28,476 bases of DNA from a virus (taxonomy: Duplodnaviria; Caudoviricetes), in IMG/VR virus record IMGVR_UViG_3300033067_000203, positions 1 through 28,476 of that record; one strand, 5' to 3'. Within the stretch, counting starts at the first letter, position 1, and every line of letters begins with the position of its first letter. Made by a program: the position numbers and the translations under genes. The notes below the pieces were generated by a model. The model saw only the letters and a list, made by a program, of their open reading frames with translations, did not search any database and had not been told where the DNA came from. Positions 1 through 6,436 of this stretch are shown here, piece after piece.

Positions 1-140
1 TGGATTGCGGTGCGATCCACGACAGGGACCGCAATGCGGCCGCGAACATTCTCCGTGTCGGACTGGACACGCTAACGGAAGGAGCCTGCCATGTCTAAGC
101 CTTGGGAATCCCCCGGCTTTAGCCGTGGGGGAGCAGTCAA
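1..140 (+). mobile_element. IS200/IS605-family insertion sequence, right end
   Basis: After the tnpB stop come GAAT (106-109), a subterminal hairpin CCCCCGGCT-TT-AGCCGTGGGGG (110-131) and terminal TCAA (137-140). This matches the GR=GAAT / CR=TCAA arrangement of IS608-type right ends. Confidence 0.9.
3..98 (+). CDS. tnpB: C-terminal fragment of TnpB RNA-guided endonuclease (IS200/IS605 family), truncated by window start
   Basis: Frame 3 reads DCGAIHDRDRNAAANILRVGLDTLTEGACHV*. This is the end of the Zn-ribbon followed by the hallmark HDRDxNAAxNI RuvC-III motif, with the Asp intact. Not in the ORF track. Confidence 0.92.
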   Translation, partial: DCGAIHDRDRNAAANILRVGLDTLTEGACHV

Positions 141-199
141 GAAAACTGTAGAGGTAAGCGCATGGACTCCTGGCACGCAAACAGTCGTGCGCCATTGTA

Positions 200-229
200 T
201 TGACAGTGCTATTCATTCGCGTATATGAT
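200..229 (+). promoter_or_regulatory. Sigma70-type rightward early promoter (pR-like)
   Basis: TTGACA (200-205), 18 bp spacer, TATGAT (224-229), directly upstream of the Cro-like gene. Confidence 0.65.
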
Positions 230-236
230 CTAGGTT

Positions 237-449
237 ATGGATACAGCAAAACAAATCACGATAGAAATTTCAACAAAGCACGGATTGTCGGATTCGGAGA
301 TAGCCGAGAGGGTTGGAATCGTATGCTCGCAGCCAACAATCTGGCGAATTCGCAACGGAGAAACAAAGACTTGCAGGTCTGACCTCTACATTGAGTTGAT
401 GAAACTGCGAGATTCTCTGAACCAAGACCAAGAAAGCCGCCTGACATGA
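237..449 (+). CDS. Cro-like helix-turn-helix regulator
   Basis: 70 aa with HTH pattern GLSDSEIAERVGIVCSQPTIWRIRNG; first gene of the rightward operon, ahead of the replication genes. Confidence 0.8.
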   Translation: MDTAKQITIEISTKHGLSDSEIAERVGIVCSQPTIWRIRNGETKTCRSDLYIELMKLRDSLNQDQESRLT

Positions 450-592
450 ATATCGTCCGTCTTAATCCCTTTGAAATCAGGGCAAGGGTATTACCCAAGG
501 AACTTGTCGAGCTACCAAAGCGCAAGGATCGGATCTCGGGCGTGACGATACGGCCAGTGGCAATTCCGCCTGAGCAGGGGGCTTTGTTCTGA
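446..592 (+). CDS. Small hypothetical protein (48 aa, MNIVRLNPFEIRARVLP...PEQGALF)
   Basis: ATGA overlap with the cro stop; ends 1 nt before the replication gene ATG. Below the ORF-track cutoff. Confidence 0.6.
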   Translation: MNIVRLNPFEIRARVLPKELVELPKRKDRISGVTIRPVAIPPEQGALF

Positions 593-593
593 T

Positions 594-1517
594 ATGGCCC
601 GCATTCGCAGCGTGAAGCCTGAGTTCTGGACGGCCGAGCAAGTAATGGAATGCTCGCCAATTGCTCGCCTACTGTTCATCGGAATGTGGAACTTTTGCGA
701 TGACGCTGGAAATCATCCGGCTAGCGTAAAGACTCTCAAAGCCGAGGTTTTCCCTGCGGACGACCTGATGTCTTCGGATATTGAATCAATGGTCGCTGAC
801 CTTGTTGCGAACGGGCTCATCGAAGAATACGAGGCTCAAGGCAAAGCGTACTGGCATGTCACCGGATGGCATCACCAGAAGATAGACCAGCCGACCTACA
901 AGTACCCGATGCCTGACGGAACCATTCCAGAAGGAGCTCCGAAAAGGCGTGCGGCGTCACAAAGTTCGACTGGTGTTCGCCGAACAGTCTCCGAACAGTA
1001 TTCGAACACTAGCGGAATGCTCATCGATGGTTCACCCCCGGAGGGGAGTGGAGAGGAGTCGACAGGAGTCGATAGGAGTAAACCTATCTCCGTAAAGAGT
1101 GAAGAGGTAGGTGAACCGGTGTTGGGCCATGGAGCCGATGCATCCACTCGCAAAGGGCTCGTCTGCGGACTGCTTCGGAAAGCTGGGATGGCTGACGCGG
1201 CCCCCCACTACCTGACCGAAGACGCTTGGGAAGCGATCCTAGCCAAGCGCACCGACGAGGAAATCGTCGAGCTTGCGCGCGCGAAGATGGCGGCGAACCC
1301 TGGGCGCAGAATCGGATTGAAGTACATCGCCCCGGCGCTTCTCGAAGACCCGCAGAGGATCGAGGCCAATGCGCGCGACTCGCCGGCTGGTCGCCGCAAG
1401 ACCCTGACCGAAACCAGAACCGCAACCATCGCCGGCCTGACCGGCGGACGAACAACGACCCCCAAGGAGCAGCAGCGTGAGTCAATCGAATCAACAGCAG
1501 TCCGTATTGCCGGCTGA
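594..1517 (+). CDS. Phage replication initiator (replisome organiser)
   Basis: N-terminus MARIRSVKPEFW...ARLLFIGMWNFCDDAG...WHHQKIDQP is typical of phage replication initiators. Low-complexity linker with internal repeats; located after cro. Confidence 0.85.
   Translation: MARIRSVKPEFWTAEQVMECSPIARLLFIGMWNFCDDAGNHPASVKTLKAEVFPADDLMSSDIESMVADLVANGLIEEYEAQGKAYWHVTGWHHQKIDQPTYKYPMPDGTIPEGAPKRRAASQSSTGVRRTVSEQYSNTSGMLIDGSPPEGSGEESTGVDRSKPISVKSEEVGEPVLGHGADASTRKGLVCGLLRKAGMADAAPHYLTEDAWEAILAKRTDEEIVELARAKMAANPGRRIGLKYIAPALLEDPQRIEANARDSPAGRRKTLTETRTATIAGLTGGRTTTPKEQQRESIESTAVRIAG
974..1080. repeat. Iteron-like repeats, candidate phage replication origin
   Basis: CGAACA at 981, 992 and 1003 (11-bp period) plus an inverted copy TGTTCG at 974. 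Then four 10-bp units GANRGGAGTN at 1041-1080. All lie inside the initiator gene, as ori does within lambda O. Confidence 0.55.
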
Positions 1518-2001
1518 GTGGGTCGAGCGGATCTTCTCGCACATGGCCTGCAACTACGGCGCGAAGTTTGCCGACCTATGGGCTGGGCAGGACATCGAAA
1601 CCGTGAAGCGGTATTGGGGGCTGAAGCTCGGCGGGTTCGCAGGCCATCCGCTGTCGATCAAGGCCGCGCTCGAAGCGCTCGATGAGCGGCCGTTTCCGCC
1701 GACATTGCCGGAGTTCATCGCTCTCTGCCGAATCTCTGCGCGGCGCGAAGGCGCTGGCCCTGCGCTTCCTCCGCCGGCTCCGCTGTCGCGCGATGATGCG
1801 TCTGCGCGCGTGCAGGAAATCTCGGCGAAGGTCGGAAAGAAAGACCCGCATGCGGCGGGGCCGTGGTGGGCGCATGCGCTGCGCAAGAAATACCTGTCCG
1901 GCGAGCGCCTGCTTCCCGTTCAGATCAACCTCGCGTCCGAGGCGCTGGGGGAGGTTTGGAGTATGGGCAAGGTCGAAATCACGGAGCGGCTTGCCGCATG
2001 A
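1477..2001 (+). CDS. Replication accessory / helicase-loader-like protein (lambda P position)
   Basis: VERIFSHMACNYGAKFADLW and FPPTLPEFIALCR motifs; overlaps the end of the initiator gene. Confidence 0.7.
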   Translation: MSQSNQQQSVLPAEWVERIFSHMACNYGAKFADLWAGQDIETVKRYWGLKLGGFAGHPLSIKAALEALDERPFPPTLPEFIALCRISARREGAGPALPPPAPLSRDDASARVQEISAKVGKKDPHAAGPWWAHALRKKYLSGERLLPVQINLASEALGEVWSMGKVEITERLAA

Positions 2002-2438
2002 AGACCTGCGCTAACTGCGGCGGGATGCTCTACCGAAAAGGCGCTGCCGCGAAGGGCGGTGAGCGCTTCCAGTGCAGAGATTGCCGCAAGACGATCACGG
2101 TGAGGGATGGGCGGATCGTCACCGGGAATGGGCCGCGCGTGCGCGACTGGCGAACTGAAGGGGCAGGCGTGATGCACGCAATCACCCACCTGATCTACAC
2201 GCAAGGACAAACGAATGTGCGGCCGAGCGCCATGCGAAATCATGCTCTGCACTTGGCGCGAAGAGTTTCGCCGCCTGACAGAGGCCCGAACGGTGGCGCG
2301 CTGGGCGAAGACGGAGCGGGAGGAGTTCTACCTGCTGGTCAAGCAGAAACGCGGCGATGCGGCGATGCGGCAACTCGTCGAGGACATCCGGGCGGTGTGG
2401 GGTTCGGTTTGATCTTCGATGCGGAGGCGCGGAACTGA
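1998..2438 (+). CDS. Zn-ribbon protein (CxxC...CxxC); C-terminal extent uncertain
   Basis: ATGA overlap with the previous stop; begins MKTCANCGG...FQCRDCRK. The frame stays open to a TGATG junction at 2436-2440. Confidence 0.5.
   Translation: MKTCANCGGMLYRKGAAAKGGERFQCRDCRKTITVRDGRIVTGNGPRVRDWRTEGAGVMHAITHLIYTQGQTNVRPSAMRNHALHLARRVSPPDRGPNGGALGEDGAGGVLPAGQAETRRCGDAATRRGHPGGVGFGLIFDAEARN
2215..2412 (+). CDS. Small phage hypothetical protein
   Basis: AAGGA SD upstream; helical sequence TWREEFRRLTEAR...KRGDAAMRQLVEDIRAVW resembles small nin-region proteins. Confidence 0.55.
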   Translation: MCGRAPCEIMLCTWREEFRRLTEARTVARWAKTEREEFYLLVKQKRGDAAMRQLVEDIRAVWGSV

Positions 2439-2644
2439 TGGTCAAGCCCTGGGGCTGCGCCAACAAGAAGTCGGCGAAAGGTTTTTGGGCGCGCGACGGC
2501 CTGTTTCACTTCCGCATGTTCGGGCTGATCCTCTCCGTCTATCGGATGCGCTGGGTGCCGTTCGTGATGTCGACGGCGTGCCACTACGACAAGCGCGATG
2601 AGGACTGGCGGTGTCGGGGATGTGCGCGGGAGAGGCTTAAATGA
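2438..2644 (+). CDS. Hypothetical Cys-containing protein (MVKPWGC...CRGC)
   Basis: GGAGG SD; overlaps the dut start. Confidence 0.6.
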   Translation: MVKPWGCANKKSAKGFWARDGLFHFRMFGLILSVYRMRWVPFVMSTACHYDKRDEDWRCRGCARERLK

Positions 2645-3084
2645 AAGTGAAGATCAAGAAAACAAACCCGAACGCGATCATCCCCCGCTATGCGACGGAT
2701 GGCGCGGCTTGTTTTGACCTGCACGCCTGTTTCGCGGATCGAGGTGAGGAAATCCGCGTGACCGGAATGTCGGTCATTGATACCGGGCTGGCTTTCGAGG
2801 TTCCCCAGGGCCATGTGATGCTTGTTTTCAGCCGGTCGGGTCATGCGATGCGGGCAAACACATGCCTGTCCAATGGCGTAGGCGTGATCGACTCGGACTA
2901 CCGTGGCGAGGTCAAGGTGATGCTCACACGGGTGCTGACGCACATGGAGCCTCTTGTGGTCAGGCATGGCGACCGTATCGCTCAGGCCATGATCGTTCCG
3001 TATCCGCGTGTCGAATTTAACGAGGTCAAAGACCTGGCTGATTCGGCGCGTGGTGACGGTGGATTCGGTTCGACGGGAGCATGA
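2641..3084 (+). CDS. dut: Trimeric dUTP diphosphatase
   Basis: Motifs ACFDL, SRSG, GVIDSDYRGEVKV, GDRIAQ and RGDGGFGSTG. Confidence 0.97.
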   Translation: MKVKIKKTNPNAIIPRYATDGAACFDLHACFADRGEEIRVTGMSVIDTGLAFEVPQGHVMLVFSRSGHAMRANTCLSNGVGVIDSDYRGEVKVMLTRVLTHMEPLVVRHGDRIAQAMIVPYPRVEFNEVKDLADSARGDGGFGSTGA

Positions 3085-3455
3085 AGCAGGCATTCCGGCT
3101 TGTCCATGACCAGGCGCGGCAGAGGGCTGCGGATGCGGTCATGGCTGCGCCGGATGGGTATGTGGTCAGGATCGGCGAGCCGACGCGCAGCCTGGAGCAA
3201 AACGCGCTGATGTGGGAGTTGCTGACCGCCATATCCAAGTCGGTTCTGTGGCCGGTCAATGGCGAAATGACGATCCTTTCTCCGGATGACTGGAAGCAGA
3301 TATTTACAGCTGCGCTTAAGCGGCACGTCCGGATGTCGGCAGGGATTGATGGTGGGGTGGTGATGCTCGGGACATCAACAAGCCGGTTGGGGAAGCGGGA
3401 ATTCTCCGACCTGATCGAAATGATCCATGCCTTTTCGGCAGAGAGGGGTGTTTGA
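3081..3455 (+). CDS. ninB: NinB/Orf family recombination protein
   Basis: TRSLEQNALMW...WKQIF...STSRLGKREFSDLIEMIHAF pattern. Confidence 0.88.
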   Translation: MKQAFRLVHDQARQRAADAVMAAPDGYVVRIGEPTRSLEQNALMWELLTAISKSVLWPVNGEMTILSPDDWKQIFTAALKRHVRMSAGIDGGVVMLGTSTSRLGKREFSDLIEMIHAFSAERGV

Positions 3456-3999
3456 TTTGGCCAGGTGCGCAATCTGCAAGAGCGTTTTTATCCGTCGATC
3501 TATGACGCACAAGGCATGCGGCCCGGAATGCGCGGCAGAGTATGCCAAACAACAGCGGCAGAAATCGGAGCTGAAGGAAATCCGCGCTCGCAAGCTGGCC
3601 ATCAAGCCCCGTAGTGAGTGGCTGAAAGACGCCCAGGTGGCATTCAATGCCTTCGTTCGATACCGGGACAAGGACAAGCCCTGCATTTGCTGCGGAAAGC
3701 CGCTGACGCTCGAAGCAGTCGGTGGAGGGTATGACTGCGGACACTACAGATCAACCGGCAGCGCGCCTCACCTGAGATTTGACGAGCGCAATGCACATGC
3801 GCAGAGAAAGGTGTGCAACCGCTACGGGGCAGGACGAGCCGTGGATTACCGGATAGGACTTGTTGCCCGGATCGGATGGGCAGAAGTTGAAGCACTGGAA
3901 GCAGACAACCAGGCGCGGAAATACAGCGTCGATGACTTAAAAAAGATCAGGGATTTTTACCGGGCGAAGCTGAAGGCACTTAAAGGGGGAAGCGAGTGA
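3448..3999 (+). CDS. ninG: NinG/Rap family endonuclease (start uncertain: 3427, 3448 or 3457)
   Basis: AQVAFNAFVRYRD..PCICCG...DCGHYRSTGSAPHLRFDERNAHAQ...CN signature. Confidence 0.92.
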   Translation: MFDLARCAICKSVFIRRSMTHKACGPECAAEYAKQQRQKSELKEIRARKLAIKPRSEWLKDAQVAFNAFVRYRDKDKPCICCGKPLTLEAVGGGYDCGHYRSTGSAPHLRFDERNAHAQRKVCNRYGAGRAVDYRIGLVARIGWAEVEALEADNQARKYSVDDLKKIRDFYRAKLKALKGGSE

Positions 4000-4127
4000 A
4001 TTTGTCTTGTGAGAACTGCAAACATTCCGAGCGCCGCATGCACATCCTGGGCTGGCGGCTGTCCTGCCGGCTGTACAAGCGGTTGGTGGCGAAAACTGAT
4101 CGTTGCATCGACTGGAGGCGCGCATGA
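3996..4127 (+). CDS. Small Cys-rich protein (43 aa, MNLSCENCKH...CRL...CIDWRRA)
   Basis: GTGA overlap with the ninG stop and ATGA overlap with the next gene. Confidence 0.55.
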   Translation: MNLSCENCKHSERRMHILGWRLSCRLYKRLVAKTDRCIDWRRA

Positions 4128-4474
4128 GCGGCATGGATGACATGGCAGTGGCCGAATACCACCTGATCGGATGGGGCGAATGGCGCCGTGCCGAATCTAC
4201 ATCGTCGGCGAGCGGGTATCGATCAAAGTCTTCAGGGCTATCGACAGGTGGGCGTGGCTTCGACACTGTCGATGATCTTGCGGCTGCTGAAGATGCAAAG
4301 GTCGCGCAGATTTGCGACACGATCATCTGGGATCTTCCCACCGTGAGCAGGACGATGCTGGAATGCCGGTATATCTTTGGCGACGTGCTAAGGAGTCGGC
4401 GACCGGATGCCGATGCCAGACTTGTCGAGGCGGTGCGCGATTTCTGGGCACGGGCGCGGCGGGTGCTTGGATGA
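4124..4474 (+). CDS. Putative late-gene antiterminator (Q-like)
   Basis: LIGWGEWRR...GY.S.S N-terminus and ICDTIIWDLP...LECRY. Last nin-region gene before a promoter+terminator and the terminase. Call rests on position plus loose motif. Confidence 0.6.
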   Translation: MSGMDDMAVAEYHLIGWGEWRRAESTSSASGYRSKSSGLSTGGRGFDTVDDLAAAEDAKVAQICDTIIWDLPTVSRTMLECRYIFGDVLRSRRPDADARLVEAVRDFWARARRVLG

Positions 4475-4520
4475 GCGCGATGGGACAAAGCTATGCGAAT
4501 AGCGCTGGAGAAACGGAAAC

Positions 4521-4583
4521 CCCTAACGCCAAGGTAAGCGGCGGCGGTGCTTTTCCGCCGTCCGCTTGACCGACGGGTTGGCA
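4521..4583 (-). other. attC-like integron recombination site (+ strand corresponds to the recombinogenic bottom strand)
   Basis: CCCTAAC-GCCAA-GGTAAGCGGCGGCGG-[TGCTTTT]-CCGCCG-T-CCGCTT-G-ACC-GACGG-GTTGGCA, 63 bp. AAC/GTT R boxes, unpaired spacer, and extrahelical T (4561) and G (4568) on the 3' arm. Confidence 0.8.
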
Positions 4584-5317
4584 GGCAAAACGTAAAACGG
4601 AGTGATGATGGCTGAGAAAGTGACAATCGGGAATTGCGAACTGTGGCACGGCGACTGCCGCGAAGTGCTGCCGTTGTTACCAAAGTTTGACGCCGTGATT
4701 ACCGATCCGCCCTATGGGATGGCGCTTGACACCGACTACAGCGGTATTGATCGCGGGCGCGGCAAAGAATACGACCGCGTGATAGGCGACGACGAACCGT
4801 TTGACCCTGGATTTTTGCTGCCACTGGCAAAGGTGCATGTGATCTGGGGCGCTCAATACTTTGCGCAAAAGCTGCCAGAGAACGGCGGGTGGTTAGTTTT
4901 CAACAAGCGTGGCGACGGCAAGCCCTCTCAGATTTGCTTCGGAGACTGCGAACTCGCGTGGTCTAGCATTCGACGGCAATCTGTGCGCATGTGGTCGCAG
5001 GTATGGCACGGGCCAGCGCGGTGGCATTACGAGGGCGCTTACCACCCGACACAGAAAAGCATTGGCTTGATGGAGTGGTGCATCGAACAGGCAGGAAACC
5101 CGCGCACTGTTTTTGACCCTTACATGGGGAGCGGGACAACAGGTGTTGCCTGCGCCCGGATGGGTTTGCAGTTCGTCGGCATCGAACGCGAGCGCAAATA
5201 CTTTGACATAGCCTGCCGCCGAATAGAACAAGCCTACGCACAGCCTCGGCTGTTCGAGGATGCAAAAGTCGGCGCTGGTGATACGGCGGTGCAGGGCGAC
5301 ATGCTTTTGCCTGCTAA
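4527..5317 (-). mobile_element. Putative integron-type gene cassette carrying the methyltransferase
   Basis: Bounded by TAAC at 4524-4527 and 5315-5318. GTTGGCAGGCAAAA (4577-4590) is complementary at 13/14 nt to TTTTGCCTGCTAAC (5305-5318). Confidence 0.72.
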
Positions 5318-5324
5318 CAAGTAG
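4605..5324 (+). CDS. Orphan N4-C/N6-A DNA methyltransferase (beta class); start at 4602, 4605 or 4608
   Basis: Catalytic TDPPYG precedes HPTQK and the SAM-binding FDPYMGSGTTG. No adjacent restriction endonuclease. Confidence 0.93.
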   Translation: MMAEKVTIGNCELWHGDCREVLPLLPKFDAVITDPPYGMALDTDYSGIDRGRGKEYDRVIGDDEPFDPGFLLPLAKVHVIWGAQYFAQKLPENGGWLVFNKRGDGKPSQICFGDCELAWSSIRRQSVRMWSQVWHGPARWHYEGAYHPTQKSIGLMEWCIEQAGNPRTVFDPYMGSGTTGVACARMGLQFVGIERERKYFDIACRRIEQAYAQPRLFEDAKVGAGDTAVQGDMLLPANK

Positions 5325-5371
5325 TAGACGAACCTTGCAAGGTGACTCCGCTGTTGGATCGAGAAAACCTA

Positions 5372-5400
5372 TTGACACGAGCTAACCAATAGTCAATAAT
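5372..5400 (+). promoter_or_regulatory. Late promoter (pR'-like)
   Basis: TTGACA (5372-5377), 17 bp spacer, AATAAT (5395-5400). Overlapped by the inverted repeat TATTGAC/GTCAATA. Confidence 0.7.
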
Positions 5401-5482
5401 TACCACGCGGGCCTACTTGCGCCCGCAAAAAGCGGATGTAGGCTGGATCGCAAGATCGCCGCGCACCATGCGGGTTACTGAC

Positions 5483-5520
5483 AAGCCAGCCGGCCAGAAA
5501 TGGTCCGCTGGCTTTTTGTT
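5483..5520 (+). terminator. Intrinsic terminator (tR'-like)
   Basis: AAGCCAGC-C-GGCCA-GAAA-TGGTC-C-GCTGGCTT followed by a T tract. Confidence 0.75.
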
Positions 5521-5544
5521 GTGCAGGAATATAAGGAAACGCTA

Positions 5545-5823
5545 ATGAACGATCCCATGACCGAGCCGATGACCGGCGAAGAGGGCGATGGCGGCTTTAC
5601 CGTCTGCCTGTATGTGTCTGCCGATGGCAAGCTATCCGTAGGCGTGGAGCGCGACGGCCAGGAGACGGCAGAGCCTACCCCGGTCAAAGGGCTGTCGCAA
5701 GCCGTCGAGATGATCGTGGCCGCTGTGAAGGGCGGCGGGGCGATGGATGACGCGGCTGCTCAAGGCGAGTTCGACCGCGCCTATGCGCCGCAGCAGCAAA
5801 TCCCTGCAAAGCGGTTCGCGTAA
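5545..5823 (+). CDS. Acidic hypothetical protein
   Basis: TAAGGA SD; TAATG coupling to terS. Confidence 0.7.
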   Translation: MNDPMTEPMTGEEGDGGFTVCLYVSADGKLSVGVERDGQETAEPTPVKGLSQAVEMIVAAVKGGGAMDDAAAQGEFDRAYAPQQQIPAKRFA

Positions 5824-6368
5824 TGGCGGCAAAAAAACAGGCCGCAGGCAAGCCAAACCCGCTCATGCTTAATCGCCAATCGTGGAATCGTGACGCGGTG
5901 ATGGCGCATGTCTGCAATGAGCTGGCGACAAGTTCGCGCAGCTTAGGCTCGATCCTCAAGGCAGGAAAGGACGGATTCGAGCTGCCCGATTACTCCACTA
6001 TCTGTCAGTGGATGTCGGACGATAAAGCGCTATCCGAGAAATACGCGCGAGCCAAGGAGGATCAGGCCGACTATTTGGGCGAAGAGTTCCTGGAGTTGCA
6101 CGAAAAGGCGTGGGTTCCGGTTGAGGTCGACGGCGTGCCCCTGATGGTCAATGGGAGCATCGTGAGGACAGTAAATAAGGCTTCGGCTGCGGCTGTCCGG
6201 CTGGAGGCCGACAATAAGAAGTGGCTGATGGGCAAACTGCGTCCAAAAAAGTACGGGGACAAGATTCAGGTTGGAGGCGCCGAGGATTTGCCGCCAATCC
6301 AGCAAAGCGTATCGATCACCCCGGAAGAGGCTTATCGTCGAATGCTTGACGGTGGGACTACTAAATAG
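5823..6368 (+). CDS. terS: Terminase small subunit
   Basis: P..STICQW...KYARAKEDQAD...RLEADNKKWLMGKLRPKKYGDK pattern (Sf6 gp1-like); precedes TerL. Confidence 0.88.
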   Translation: MAAKKQAAGKPNPLMLNRQSWNRDAVMAHVCNELATSSRSLGSILKAGKDGFELPDYSTICQWMSDDKALSEKYARAKEDQADYLGEEFLELHEKAWVPVEVDGVPLMVNGSIVRTVNKASAAAVRLEADNKKWLMGKLRPKKYGDKIQVGGAEDLPPIQQSVSITPEEAYRRMLDGGTTK

Positions 6369-6436
6369 CCTGTTGAGTGTAGAAAAATGCGGCGTTATAT
6401 CGGCGAACATACTATATGTAGTGGGTTGCCGATGTG

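Noticed and set aside
141-160. TnpB guide matching elsewhere in the window (AGGTAAGCG at 4532-4540; GAAAACTG at 4091)
   Set aside because: Only 8-9 nt matches, expected by chance.
4605-5324. Restriction-modification system
   Set aside because: No cognate endonuclease nearby; orphan methyltransferases are common in phages.
5319-5360. A second complete attC downstream of the MTase
   Set aside because: The sequence after TAAC does not form an attC-like stem, so it is treated as the target-site half. No multi-cassette array is visible.
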